A stretch of DNA of 64,000 nucleotides from Antedon mediterranea (GCF_964355755.1 NC_092673.1:1054001-1118000), one strand, 5' to 3'. Shown: positions 15,283 to 29,415, numbered from the stretch's first letter. Translations and numbers: made by a program. The notes: generated by a model from the sequence alone, not told the origin.

Positions 15283-15486
15283 TCACCTTTTATTTGATAT
15301 CACATCTTTTAAAAATATAGTTTTTTTAGGATCTACCCTTGTGTTGTTTGCTCGTCTGGGATATCCATCTCTTGAAAATAACAATTTCCACGTAAGTTTA
15401 TCTACAGGGCTATACGTAGTATATAGATCCACCATTTCTTCTTTGTAAAAACAATAATACTTTTTTCTGTCTCTTTTTGGCGACAT
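15283..15486 (-). CDS. FGF8/17/18: FGF8/17/18 terminal coding exon (C.F.E...Y..Y...W...F.R.G.PR)
   Basis: Acceptor TTTTGCAG; TGA at 15285-15283; lies within ORF 15283-15492. Confidence 0.9.
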   Translation of the reverse strand: MSPKRDRKKYYCFYKEEMVDLYTTYSPVDKLTWKLLFSRDGYPRRANNTRVDPKKTIFLKDVISNKR

Positions 15487-18400
15487 CTGCAAAATATAAA
15501 AAAATTATCATTATTTATAAATATATCACACATTTTTTAGAAAAACAACAAAAGCTTAATTGCAATTAAACAAAATTCATGTCTGACGTCATGTGTCACG
15601 ATTTTGGAATAATTTGCATACAGGTAGTCACATGCTGGATGTGTGTGATGGGGAATGCGGCCATAGCACGTCAGTAAAGTTACGGCGTTAAGATTGCATC
15701 CTTAAATAAAGGCGATAATTATTTTATGTGATTCTTTTTGTTTATGTGTGTGTACTGTATATATCTCAATTTTCCTCCTGTATTGATTGAAATTGAAATA
15801 CAAACTTACCATTGCGACCATTTTGCCGTTTTTTCGATGAATGCAAAGATATAATTTACTTTTTTCGCCCATTATTGTAATTCCTTCTTTTCTAAAATCT
15901 GTTATTATCACAGCTGTAAGATAAAACAAAAATAATATTTAAAATAAAACCATTCATTAATAAATAAATTCGCAATTAACAGAATAGGTTTGGTTCTCAC
16001 TTAGGCGCAACGCAATGGCGTACGCGCGCAACGCGGTGAATTGACTAATCACAACGACAGTTTGGATGGTCCATCGCGCTTTATAGTGGAAACCAAACGT
16101 AAAAGATAATTCTATAATTTAACTTAGGCCTAGACAATATGCATTTAGTATAGCAATAGTAATCCAGGCAATATTGAACTTTTGGCTTTTAGTTTACAGC
16201 TTCGAAACTAGGTCCCATAATAGTACACTAGAAATATGATTTTGAATATTCCGTGAGAGACGTTGGATTTCTCAAACAAGTGGAATAATAGGCGAGCATA
16301 TAGGAGTGTTTGCTCAAATTCAATGCACCATGTTGTTGTACCAAGGTTTCCTTGAACTTTCGAATAAGCTGATCATCGTAGCATTAATAACTAGCCCTGC
16401 TGTAAATATAAAATATACACACTAAAATCCCCGCCCTGGGCCACCTTTAATACAAGCATCAACAACGCTTTGCAACAATTAAAGAAAATACCAAACCTAA
16501 AGGAAATTACAAAGTTATTCATCCACATACTACTCTGCTAATAGTGCCAAATATTCTTTTGCCCGATTGCTATAAAGCTATAACGATCTGATTTCTACTG
16601 ATAATTATATAATTTTCCTATTAATAATATTAGATAAAAGGACAGATCGATTGTAGATAAGTGTTGGAGTTTTGTTATTATGTTGTAATTGTATCCACTG
16701 ATTGAGGAGGGCAAAATAACTTGGTGAATACCTGTTGGTGGATAAAGCCATAAGCCTGATTTACACGAAATACTCGTACAACCTTTATAGGCATGTACCT
16801 TTTTACAAGAGGCTGTGATAAACACACATTTAGGCCTATAACAGGCTAAATGAAGTTTTTAAAAAAATGATTTACAAATACAAACTTTGATTTGAAAGAT
16901 GACAATTAGAATTGTGAGAAGAGTTAGAATGAACGATGGAATGATAAGGGCACGAAAACTGTAAGGTTAAGAGCCTTTTCACACACAATTCAATTAAGTA
17001 GATGTAGGCCTATCTGAGAAACTTTGGTTGCACTTTTTATTCCATTAGGCAATTTAACTCTTTCAGACAATAATTTGATTTCAAACATGGATTACAAACA
17101 GTATACAGAAAATGGGCATCATTACGCTATTGCACTGTAACAGTGTATCACTACATGCTAATTTGGTTTTACAAGAGTCAAAGCGTGTAATATCAGGGCA
17201 TAGCATTGTTAACAGCTGCATATTATGTTTACTTGTTGAATCTGAAGAAAAACGATAATTGTTGTAAATCTGTGTTTCTTGCGTTGTTCAATGATATTTA
17301 CACGACTGGGTCTGAGGTCACCCTCATTGTGTGTTCATCGCTTATCGGTTAATTAGGACGTTGTAGCGTTATGAATTTCATCCATGACGTATTACGTTGG
17401 GAGGGATCCATTTTCGGCTCATTAGTCCCCCCTCAAACTTGATTGACCGTGTGGAAAACATATCTGCAAATAACCAATAAAATGACAAAACAAATGAGGC
17501 GTTGATTCCGATTGTTGGCCATTTCAAGGTATCGATAGTATTATAAATAACACGCGGTTGAATAGAAATTCATTAGACGAACTTAACCGAGGCTCAGTAT
17601 TAAATTAAATAACACTTTGCTTGTTGAAACAGCGGTCAGCTGCGCGCGTACGTGAGCTAAGCTAAAGCGTGGTTCTCACTAGCGACGCAACACAAGGACG
17701 TAACGCAACGCAAGTGAATTGACCAATCACAAGCGATGGCTTATTCGCTTGTGATTGCTAACTGTCTATAACTTCGCTTGTCATTGGTTAAAAAGCTTGC
17801 GTTGCGTTTACGTCTTTGCCTTACATTCTAGTGGGAACCAAGCTTAAGTTCGGTATGTTGCGCGTAACGGTATATATTATATAATATTGCTACAATAAAG
17901 GTGTATTCACACAATTATCGGTATTAACACTGCAAAAAGACGCAAAGTTTCACGCGCGCTTGTATATCCGAATGTGAACGCAAATAATCAAAGATCATCG
18001 TAAACTAAAAGCAGGAAATAGAAAACAAATGTTATCAATTTATTTATCAATTTGCTGTGAGCCATTTATAACTGAAACATTTTTCCGCTTACTGGCTAAT
18101 TGTGGGTAATTACCTGGATTAAGGCATTGATCAGGGTGTTTAGTGTGTCAGCTTGTTATATCAAATAACTTTCATTTAGGCCTACAATATTGTAATCGTA
18201 ATTAGGTATGCCTAATTATTGATTGATTTCTTGTTTAAGATTTTACACTTCAATCTCATTGTACACAGAAATGATCCTTGATAAATATTACATTTTCATT
18301 TAAATGTTATATTAAACTAACTTTCGATAATGATGTTATACATTTTGTTGTAGTATGTTTTGTATAATGTTGCACAAAATGGCTAAATGTCAGTGACTGG

Positions 18401-21400
18401 CGAACTAACTGGTCTTTACCCAATGTGAAAAATATCCAATAAGTAGGCCTAAGTTACCAACATCTTGACACATGCCTACAGAGCAGACCTATACGAATCA
18501 GTGACTAATATCCGTGTCGAAATTCATTTAAAATGAGTCAGTCAGAATTAAAAAATGATGATAATTTCTTTATATAATTATCGGACATTTGTCGAATTTG
18601 TTGGTTCTTAGTTTTTTAACAATTTTTTAAAATAATTAGGCCGAATAATAAAATGTTACTGCATAAATGTCATATGACATATCCAAAGGTGCTACTTTCG
18701 TAACGTAATATCACCCGTCCTAAACACCCAGTGGATATCGTGACCACTCATCATAACCACCAAATGGTCCCATCGGAACCACCAAATTGTCCCTCCACCA
18801 AATTAACTCCCGAAGGCGGCCTAAAATGACTCGTATTGCATGCATTGTTTGTAAAGTTCTTTACACTTAAAGCTGTTTTACTTCATACTAAATAACGTAA
18901 TTTGTGGAATCCGTTTGCTTAATTTAGTGAAATTTAGTCATCGTGTAATGAATATACTTACACTGCATCGTCATTCGTGTACAAATAAAACATTGTGTGT
19001 ATATGGACATAACATTTATACCCCTCCCTGATTGTTTGTGGTTTAAACACTCTTAAACTCCGTCATCTTGCAGTTGGCATAATATTTAGTTGTCGGTATG
19101 TGGTTGATGTAGTTTTAGTGTTGTTATGTTAGGCCAACAAACCCTGGGGCCTAAAGTCCTTTAAACATGATTGAAGATCGACCTTTCAACAATCTCTTAC
19201 AACAGATTCTGAATCATCGGCGGCTTAGAAGTTCAGCTAGTCATAACAGACAGCAGAGAATGAGAAATTAGATATTGTGCGATCGCGTCGTTTGTATGCG
19301 TTTGTGTGCGTTTGAAATAAATAAGAAACGCGTAAACTTGTATTTCTTTCATCTTTGCGATGTGTAGATTCTTAACTATTAGTAATTACCAGTCTGTTTA
19401 ATATATCGACATCCAGTTGATGGGTAATTTAGTTTGTGTTAACCAATTGTTGAAATACCTTTGTAAAATCGAGTACCCAAATTAAGTACGCATTTGAAAA
19501 CAAAACTTCAAACTTTAAACAGTTTTGTTTGCACTTTATCCGCTGTTGTATTTTAATGATAAATCGATTTAGCTGAATGAAACTGACTAAGTAGATGTAC
19601 TCTGAGCGTAAGGCATTATTTGCTTGTTGGGTTGATCTGTAAGCCTTTGCTTTGTGGAGAGGGCTTGCTAGGTTTCTATTCGAACCGACATGCATTGTGC
19701 CGAGACATTGAAGGTATTAGATGCGGTAAGAACTATTGTATATTAACTTCATTAGAAGTTTATTGCTGTTGCAACGGGTCAACACTTTCCTCATCACAAT
19801 ACAAACATTGCTTAGAAATCCACTCAGCTCGTAATAAGTGGACAGCTTTGTTTTGCCATTGTAGAAATAACACGGGTGAAGCCTATGATCACGGAGGAAT
19901 GATTAGATCGTCTATTCCCACGGAATGATTAGATCGTCTATTCCTACGGAATAATTGGATCGTCTATCCCCACCCATCAACTCCTCCTTCATACTCAAAA
20001 CAAATTAAAACATCGATATACAAAAGTTATTTTATACTTTTTATCCAGGGTGTGTTTTATAAAAGAAGCCTTGTATATATAAACGAAGGCCAACGCTTAT
20101 TATGAATATTACCAACTCAGTATATCCGCGTATTACTGTTAATTAGTTGCGATTTTTTCTTTATAAAAAAGACTTTTAAGTTCTTTAGTTATTCATTCGT
20201 TTTAATATAAACGCATTAAACCGTAAGTGGGAGTTAAACAGATCCGAGGCCGCGATGAGGGACGACAAGTGAGCGATACATTTAACAAGTCTTGATATTG
20301 ATAATTAGTCATGATACCAACACAAAATTTACGCGCGCACGTACAAGAGCTGTACCATCATCTGTATATAAACGCGTGCGGTTTTTCTTAGTCAAAATTA
20401 CGAGTTCTTTCCGTATTTTATATAGGGATTCTGTATTTAGAGGTCAATTTTCCATTGAAATATAAGGTGACCTATAATAATACAGATGTATTTAAAAAGT
20501 TCACTGTCATTTATTTACAGTTCTAGACTTGGTACGGCATTCATTCAATATACCTTCTATAGGACTCTGCTGCAGCATCATATTTTGAGGTCAACAAACG
20601 CCGCGGGCGGCATATATCAATGTACTTATAAACATTTACTTTTGAGAAAATATATTGTTATACGGCATAGTTGAGTTTTCCACATGCCATAGTTTGTAAA
20701 CAATATACTATAATAATTGTGTCAATTCCAGACTTATTCCTATAAATAAGTCCCAATATAAGTACGATACACCTAATCAAACACGTGGTACAGTCCCCTG
20801 ACTGTGTCTGGAGAAGGAAATCAGTAACTAAAAATTCAAATTACCTAAAAAATGGAGAGGGTAAGAAAACATACAATATAAACAAAGCAATTCTTAGATA
20901 CTGCAATACTTAGATAGTTACGTTCGTTATTGTTAAGTGAAGCTTATCAAATTAGTCTTCCATTTTTTAAGTAAAGGTAATTATTTAAAGATTGAATCTA
21001 AATATTTGTTTACCGATCTTGTCCGGTACGGTAGTCTTGGAATTTTCTGGCTGTTTTACTTCTCGTTTTGATTTAGCTTTTCGCTTTTATTTTGTATCTC
21101 CATTGAGATCCAGCCACTGATACCCACAGCATTGTCATTTTTTCAGTAATTTGCCTTTGGATTTATATAAACAAATCAGGCAAAGAACATTAATTCTAAA
21201 CCGCCCGGTGATATACTGAAATTTAATTAATTAATTTGAAACGATAAAGATGAGGAAATCTGTGAGAATGAGAATATATAATTAGGGCCTATAGGGGCCA
21301 TTTAATAAAAACCAATATTGCCTCAGCAGACATCAGCAGAATTTGGCAGTGTTGCTAGCTGGTGTATTCGACCAAAAGTTCAAACCATTTTAAATTAAAG

Positions 21401-24400
21401 ACATTTTGTGAATCATTTCAATTGTTCAAGATACTTGTAACAGAAACGTAGCGTGAATTACAAGCATGGATTATTATACGATATATTGATATGTAAAACC
21501 AGGATCAGAAGGTGAATGATCAGAATAAATAACAGAAAATAATCAACGGGTTTACTGGTTAAAGTTGGCTCCCACTTGGATGTGACAACGCAAGTGCGTA
21601 AGCGCGTCGCCGTTTCGAAACTGACGCGTTGCGTCCAAGTGAGGAGGACAAAGCTTAAAGCTAGACAAGGTTTAACTAATAGGAAAAATATATTCTGCAT
21701 TTAACGCAAAACAACCCCCCAGAAAACTTTCCTTATCCAACTCCATAAGGAATTGGAAGAAAATTAAATTGTCTATTAAAATGTAAATGTTCCGGAATTT
21801 TAGCGATGGTCGCGAGTTCTTGTGATATTTGGAACGTGTTACGATTAAACAACTGATCTCATGTTACAGTCTTACCCAATCAAATTATTACTAGGCACGT
21901 ATAACCTGATTTGAGCTAATTATGTATTCACATAAAGAGATTAGTTCACTTATTCTGTTATTTTCATTTTTTAAACCCGAGGTCACTCGGTTATGAGTGA
22001 AATTATGACTAGATATTACATACTTTTTATAGATGTTTGTTGCAACAGTGAGTTTGAAGAATAACTTGTTGAACCGCCACCCAGGTATCAGATGCCGCAG
22101 CGTCCTGGGCCGCTGACATGTCAGCTAAACGCCACTGTATTTTAATTTAACAACGGGACATATGGGATAAACTTAACCTTTGTTGTACAAGATTCTCTGA
22201 AATTCATTCTTAGATGCAGAACCTTTCTAAACTTAATTAATACTTAAGTCCGAACTGTAAATACAAAGATTCGACAGGTTGCTTGAAGCCAAAAACGCTT
22301 AAAAGGCAAATTTGACTCAGTAATTGATTTCACGTTTTGTATTTGTTTGTTTGTTTTTTTATTTGTTGCTCATTCATCAAATACAAAAATACAAATGTGA
22401 TTAACAGTATAATGTTTTTCTACTTCTCAGAGTTACAAACTGAAAAGCTTACAGTGTGTTTCTTCAATATTATTTTAAAGGAAAGGTCATGTCAATATTT
22501 AATTTTAATAAAATTCCAAAAAATTTCCCCAATGTGATAATTTTGTGCTTTGTTGTTAAATAAACGTACATATTTCCTTAACAAGTCCACGTGTCCTTAA
22601 AAAATGCAAATTTTCTAAATATAGATTTTTAGAATTTTTAAACAAATTTCATACTTTGTAGTAGGCCTACTGTATGCCTAGTAAAGTATGTTTGATATTC
22701 CATTGTAACGTGTCCAAATGTATCATCTTCATTTTTCCAATAAAGCATTACTTTTTCAGTAAATTAACGCAATATTTTTATATTTTTATTAGAAGTGATA
22801 ACACAGTATGGTTAATGAAATTAAGATTATCCTTTTTTGTAAATTGGGGAAGGTTATGTGCATGTTTTTGTTTTTGCCATGCGTCTCTGAGGTTTATTTG
22901 GAACACACGACATCAGATTGCTTCCTAAATGGCTTTACGCCTTTCAATTGTATTTGGCCACACTCCAGATATGCACACAAAAAATCGCTATATATCAAAT
23001 AGTTTATGATTATGATTCTATGATCCGTTGGGTCGTGATTGGTGAAATTGCACCAAATTAGCTAGAACAACCCCCCTGTACCTGGGGAAACCCCTTTTTT
23101 GAAGCAGTCAAATAATGTTTTATTTGTTTGTCAATCGTTTTATGAAACTATGCCGACTTTGATCTAAGTTTAGTAGTATCTGCTGCTGTAATTGCTTTGA
23201 AAGCCTACTCATATCTTCATAATAATACCTATATTATGTCACGTGACATGAGGTCCTTCTGTGAATCTGATGACCAATGACATGCCTCACAATACTAGTA
23301 TGTCATTCACTACAAAATGCAATTTAAAATGTTTTCAAATGCATATATCGAATTAAATTTATATCATACGCACATTCTTCATCAATAATAACAAGTGTTG
23401 TTTAAAGTGATTTTTTTTACCAAACTAAATTTAGTTTGCTTGCAGTTTACATCAACATTTTCATTATAGACTTGAATGTTAAGTTGCAAAGAACGTTGTG
23501 ACTAAGGTGTATAATACGAATGCTTGGTTCACATTGGGACGCAACGCAAGGACGTAAGCGCATTGCGAGTGATTTTACCAATCACAAGCGATGGATTGAA
23601 CTGTCGTTTGTGATTCGTCAACTCGCTTGCGTCACGTCCTTGCGTTGCGTCCGTAATGTGGGCCAAGCTCTAGAAGCGCACGTTGTAACTTACTAATTTA
23701 TTCGTTGCGCTTACTAAATTTAAATGCCGCTTTAAACTTCACGCGTGGTGGTACAGAAATATCCTTTTCTCATCCAACTGCGTTGCTAATAGAACTGTCG
23801 TGAGAGAGGCTACTCAGTGAACGAAATCAATCAACAGTGTTGATTTGGAAAGAGGTCGTACAGCGGTCTTGCGGGGTCCACAAACGGTTTATTGAAGCGC
23901 CCAATAGGGGCGACCACTACAACAGGTATCCCGCGGATGGTTATCGTAACATCGTGGTAAGTCTGTGTTTTAGCCTTACAATCTGTTTCCTTTTTGTTTC
24001 TTTTTTTTGTTTGGACTAAACAGAAGATTGGTGAAAACAGTTACATGTTGTAACACACCAAATGCCAGTGCTACACCAACTCCACCTTAACATTTACATG
24101 ACTTGTTTACTTAAGTGTTTAAGTAGGACTAAGTCGCAAAGTTAATGACTTGAATCTACTTGAATAGGTCAAACACAAGCTGGATACGAAGAAGAATTTG
24201 GCAAACACACTCTGTAAGCTTGTCTTCTGTTTAGATCTTAAATATGTTACTCAACTTCTAACAAAATATCTTATGAAATCTAAAGATCATACTCATACAG
24301 CCACTATTATTCATATGTGTAACCACAGGCTAACAATACTAATGTTAACCTTCGTTCACACACAATTTGTCGCATCCGACACAATTGTGATAACATAATT

Positions 24401-26942
24401 TCTTGGCACGTGTCCCCCTCACAGTGATACTTAATAAAAATAATCATTTGTCAACAACTTACCATAAGGATCGTCCTTTTTAGCGTTAGCTGATATGTTC
24501 TTTCTGCTTACAATTCGTAAGTAACCCTGACTGACTCCGCTATATATTAATAATCGTTTCCCTGCTGATTTTTTCTGTGCGTTTGATTCTGGCCGATCAC
24601 TCTCCCTTCTAATTACACTTTGCTGTGTAACCTACAAAAACAAATTGATATTATTAATTCAACATTATACAGTATCTTACTTATAAATCTTCGGTGAGCC
24701 TATGAACATACAAAGCATGCATGGATTGTGAAAGCCGTACTATTCATATTCCGTTTTTGAACGCGAGCTTAAAATTATGTACCGGTTATTATTCTGTTTC
24801 TGTTACTGACGAAATACTAGATAAGCCTCTATCTATCTATTTATCTATATATACAGTGCTATATCAGGCTTACTTAAATACATACTAGGCCTAGTGTTCG
24901 TATTCCAAAACAATAAAAAATAAACGTCCTGGCCAAAGTTTCACGTCGTTGTTTTAATTGGCCAATTAATGTCATCTCTATGTCATCAGACGTAAGACCT
25001 TGTATATAGAATATTTGATATTACTGAGCAAGCACATGGAAATCCAAATTAGTTCTTGCTAAATGTGTAAGATAGTTCTTAAGTACAGTTGCAAAGAGTT
25101 GTAAAACTCCCCAAGGGGTGGTGACGAATGCCTTCCCCTAGGATTCGACAAACTCTGAATTGTCGTGACCTATCTTACACCATAATAATGTAAATATCAC
25201 CTTAATCAATATTCATAAGCATAGCCTGTAAAATAATATTATATTGGAACGATACACGACTCAATCGAATTAAAAATAACTATCAGTAATGGGTCACCTG
25301 TTGATTTAGAAATTATTATTTATTATCATAGGCCGCTATACTTGTCTAGACCGGGTATTGGTACGGTAATTTCTCTAGGCCAGAAAATAATGTCTTTGAA
25401 ATAAATACAGGAATATGTTTAATTGGAGTATGAGTGATACGTATAGAGCGATTTAATTTAGGCCGGTAACACAAATTTTTGTGCACCTAGGCAAAACCAT
25501 AAAATCGCTAAGTCATCAAACTTATATTTCGCTCTCTGACCCTTCATATCAGACCCTAACCCACTAAATAGTTCGCCGGCACCGTTCGAAAACAGACCTA
25601 GATCTGAAAAATATACCGGCCTGCGTGACGCATCCAAGTTTATCGTAATTAGACAGCGTAGTTTTCTCATTGAGGGATGATAACAAAAATCTACCTCAAT
25701 TTCTTTATCAACACGTCGTCTTAGGCATTCTAGTTGGTCTACAACACCCGTGTAAACAGACTAACAAAAGCAGAAGAGTTTAGACTCGGTTGTTTCAACA
25801 AACGAAAAATGAAAAATCTTTTATTAGTGCCGCCGCCGACAAACTGCAGAAAATATACTGATGGTAAATAAGAGATTTAAAATGATATAAGATTATCTAT
25901 ATTTGTACGATGACATTTGCAGAGATGTTAAGTTGCAAGTGACGAAATTTGGTGACTTGGTAAAGTTATTAGGCCTACTGTATAAAATGAATGACCTACA
26001 CTACATAAATGGAATTATAGACTTTTTAGTCTAAACTTTAGGTATTAAACTAGTTAGGCCTGGTTTTTAATAAGTCTTTGAGTAGGTTAAATACACTGTA
26101 ACCACCGACTTCAAGAATTGAATGTATAACCTCCTAATCATCAATGATCCATGTTAAACTTGAGGCAGGTAAGGTTAACTAGGACATTGTGTTGTGAAAT
26201 CCACCTTTTTGTTTAGGTTCTTCAAATAACAAAACAACTTGAGATCCCCTGCTACGAAGGGACAGTACAGCTAAGGACAGGCCTTTTCACAACTTCTACA
26301 ATATTATTATCGCCTTGTAAAATGACGTTTCACGCTAGAAATCCGTCATATTAAGCTGCTTGAGAGATCGGTCGATCAGGCGTACAATTTTTTTATGTTT
26401 CTTTCTTTGCAACAGCAGACGTATCTATAAGGAATATCAGGACGCCCTTGGAAGAATAAAATGTGAACTAAAAAGGCGTGTTATGCAGAGATTTGTGTAA
26501 CGCCTAAACTGTGATGTAACAACACTACAGTTAAGAGGGTACTCGGGTGAGGGGTCAAAATATGCGCCTTATATAAATATACCAGCGATTACAAACAAAT
26601 TAATTAGACACTCACCTGTATAGAGAGTACAATGAGGCAATGGAATAACCTGAAAAAAGAAATAAAAAACACTAGATGAAAGATGACCGCTTATGGGAGT
26701 TTAAGCGAGCGTGTTGGCTATAAATCTTAGCCCTGTAAACGGCCTAGTCGCGTGCAATTAACCAGTAAAGCACGGTGTTGACAAGCTAGGCATTAACCAT
26801 TCGCTCCACCTCCGGCTCGCTGGATTGATATAAGGATCACTTGATTTGTTTGTTTTAAACACAGATAACCCATAAGGGTGTGAGAATTGTGCGATATCTA
26901 TAAAGAAAATACTTACGCAATCGTTAGCAAAGGATACCTCAT
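15283..26942 (-). CDS. FGF8/17/18: Fibroblast growth factor of the FGF8/17/18 subfamily; 5 coding exons, 178 aa
   Basis: Exons 26942-26917, 26649-26616, 24631-24463, 15913-15810 and 15486-15283 have GT-AG introns (phases 2,0,1,0) and join in frame (537 nt). Protein: MRYPLLTIALFHCLIVLSIQ|VTQQSVIRRESDRPESNAQKKSAGKRLLIYSGVSQGYLRIVSRKNISANAKKDDPY|AVIITDFRKEGITIMGEKSKLYLCIHRKNGKMVAM|MSPKRDRKKYYCFYKEEMVDLYTTYSPVDKLTWKLLFSRDGYPRRANNTRVDPKKTIFLKDVISNKR. It aligns by eye to vertebrate FGF8 (LYSRTSGKHVQV..INAMAEDGDPF|AKLIVETD..GAETGLYICMNKKGKL..DCVF..W.MAFTRKGRPR). The signal peptide split over two micro-exons and the linkage to FBXW4 support the subfamily call. Confidence 0.9.
15810..15913 (-). CDS. 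FGF8/17/18: FGF8/17/18 coding exon 4 (104-nt core FGF exon, LYLCIHRKNGK)
   Basis: Acceptor TTTTATCTTACAG, donor GTAAGT; phase 1->0, the canonical FGF middle exon; lies within ORF 15702-15929. Confidence 0.92.
17666..17844. mobile_element. MITE family B complete copy in FGF intron 3, TAA TSD
   Basis: Near-identical to 48062-48240; TAA at 17663-17665 and 17845-17847. Confidence 0.85.
19896..19973. repeat. 26-bp tandem repeat, 3 copies
   Basis: Unit GGAATGATTAGATCGTCTATTCCCAC. Confidence 0.85.
21040..21135 (-). repeat. Dispersed repeat copy, paralogous to 46758-46875 (+)
   Basis: Both copies share GGATCTCAATGGAGATACAAAATAAAA...AAGTAAAACAGC. Confidence 0.75.
23521..23670. mobile_element. MITE family B diverged copy (FGF intron 3)
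   Basis: GCTTGGTTCAC..GACGCAACGCAAGGACG..CCAATCACAAGCG..CCAAGCT. Confidence 0.7.
24463..24631 (-). CDS. FGF8/17/18: FGF8/17/18 coding exon 3 (VTQQS...KDDPY)
   Basis: Acceptor TTTTTGTAG, donor GTAAGT; 169 nt open; ends DDPY with a phase-1 intron, like the FGF8 exon ending GDPF. Not in the ORF track. Confidence 0.9.
26616..26649 (-). CDS. FGF8/17/18: FGF8/17/18 coding exon 2 (LFHCLIVLSIQ; hydrophobic signal core)
   Basis: Acceptor TCTTTTTTCAG, donor GTGAGT; 34 nt; resembles the FGF8 exon encoding LLLHLLVLCLQAQ. Confidence 0.85.
26917..26942 (-). CDS. FGF8/17/18: FGF8/17/18 coding exon 1 (MRYPLLTIA; start of signal peptide)
   Basis: ATG at 26942-26940; donor GTAAGT at 26916-26911; 26 nt, phase 2. 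Confidence 0.8.
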
Positions 26943-27036
26943 TGCTTGAATAACTATCGAATATCGCACGGTATTGGTTTCTATTGATAAGCCTCTATAC
27001 CAGGCCTGTCAATAATTGATCTCCAATGGGGAGCCG

Positions 27037-27042
27037 TTTATA
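27037..27042 (-). promoter_or_regulatory. Candidate TATA box of the FGF gene
   Basis: TATAAA on the minus strand about 95 nt upstream of the ATG, in a CpG-rich stretch. Position only, no TSS data. Confidence 0.3.
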
Positions 27043-29415
27043 CGCCGACATGTGGTTTTTAAAACCTTCCCGATCAGCATAAAAAGTTTGACACATAAAA
27101 GAGTAAAAATCAAAAACAAACAGCGTTTCTCTCGAATTTCAATAATCGAGAAATATCTTCCGTTATCCTATGTCCAGTTATATCATGATGCCGATATTTT
27201 TTGTATAAATTCCGTGAGGGGTAAGCACGTGGATGAGAGTATACACTGCCCTTGATTAAATGGTAAAGTTATCCTAGGACGCAAAACTCAATGAATGGAT
27301 ACGTGGTGTAGTTTAGCCTTATGAGGCGGCACGCTCGTTCCGTTCACTGTATTGTCAATGTGATCGCTGATTGGTGTACCAACGCTATGCATGATTGCAA
27401 GGCATTATATCCAATAAACTAAATTTCACCCGATGGGCGGGAATATTGACACCATCCGCAGACGATCGCGCAACAAATTAATAACGCTAAATGTATTAGG
27501 AGTTAGGACTGGTTAACCCACTACGTCACGTAACCCTAATTAGACGTTTTATACAGCGGCTATCGGTCACACTAAATTTGTTTGCAATCGAGTCGTCACG
27601 ATAAGGACTTAGTTTGCGTTCTCTCGTTAATTAGTACGTAATTAGTATGAACCTATAACGTTCATTCACAAGGCTAACAGTCATAATCTGCTTTGTTACT
27701 ACATTGCAACCTAAAATCACTAGCGATTGTCTTAAGTCCGTGCTTATTATTCTAAGTTCACACGTTAATTACAGAAGAACATAAATACATTGAGATACTA
27801 ATCTACAGTTAATCAACCAATAACAGAGAAACTTTATATCTCAACCGATCGCTTGCCTATCAACCCTTTGACTTGGATATATACACGGTAATCGTCTTAT
27901 CGTATGAATAGACTTGTGTGTTTGTGTATATATAACGTTTCACTTAATAAAAATAACCGTACATAAGACAATTGGTACCGTAATTAAGCAGAGATTTTGA
28001 AATGAAAACCAAATTAGAAGTTAGTTTTGTGAGATAGTGTATTATTTCAGATTCTAATTTATCAGCAGAAGAACTTTGATTAAACCAAAACTGATAAAAT
28101 ATAAATATTTAGCAAATCCTAATTATGTCCTCTTCAGAAGTATTGTTGTTGGTATCATAATTAACGGTCCTATAACAGACATTTAAACATAATAAATGAC
28201 CCGTACTTATTAATAGCCTCTAAATTATTAGCCCCTGCTATTAATAGTCCCTAAGTATTTACATGATTAGCCATATTTCAAAATATTCAGTTTATTAATT
28301 TTATTTGAATTTTAATGAATTAACAACAAATTATATAAAAATACTGTACTTACAATAAATTCCAACTTATATCCATGACTTGTGTATATCTTTTAGAGGG
28401 CGCTGTTAACTTTTCCTCAATTCTCACAATAAGATCCCGGCAACGAAAGTTGATAGATGGAGATAGCGTTAAGATTGTAGGCCCTACTTATGTCTGATGG
28501 TGCGCGAGTAAGTGCCTGCACTATCTCTATTAAAAAAAATTAACGCTATTATTTTTTTCCGTTTTGAAGGAATGACAATCTCACGACGAATTCAAGATTA
28601 ATATTGATCTGTCTATCGTTATTTGATCGTTTTTATCACCTCCGCAAACTTGTAGAGTGGGCGGGGTAAAGATTTTATTTCTGTTGTTGTATTGAAGTGA
28701 TCTAAACATTCCGGTTTATATTAGTAGACACACTTTAGTGTCGGCGGCGGGACTTGATGTGGATTTTGTGCGCGCACCATCCATACTTTCCTGTAGTACT
28801 ATGTACGTGACGTCATAATGAAGACATTTCTATTGTAGACATCATCACAAGGCCATCCTAATCGGCTTTCTATAAACGAACCTTTGCGCCGGGTATTGTT
28901 GAAATATCATGAAAGAATTTAAGTTATGCATGTGCAAAAATAAATAATTGTTTTTTGAAGGTGGCCGACGAGGGAAATACAGGTGAGAAAACAATGTTTG
29001 ATTAAGGATATTCCGGATAAAACCCATAGTTTTCCTAGATCAATCCGCGCGCGTCGTCTGTGATGTGGCATCATTACATGGTACTTTCCGTGTGGCCCGT
29101 AACAGCCTAGCCCAGTATCCCAATTCATCATCATTACCGCCAATTCCCTTTACGTGCGTTATTCTCCCACTTATCTGAAATCATCATCATTGGTATGTTA
29201 AATGTACACATCCTTCAGTTTGATATCTGTGACTTTAATCAAAACCAGGAAACCCCTCACACGTAATATACACACATGGTTTATCATATTTAAATAGTCC
29301 CTTATCAATATTGATAACAATGATATCAACATATATTGCAGAAATACGTCTGCCTTTTATGTTTTTGTATGGGTTATTTTTTATACTCATAGGCCTATTC
29401 GTTTCACATCCTCAA

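Noticed and set aside
15280-15290. AAG|GTGAAA overlapping the FGF stop codon as a donor to a further exon
   Set aside because: Weak donor, the FGF domain is already complete, and no downstream exon was found.
16200-16410. Extra or alternative FGF exon in intron 3 (minus-strand acceptor near 16400)
   Set aside because: All three frames hit stops and none resembles FGF.
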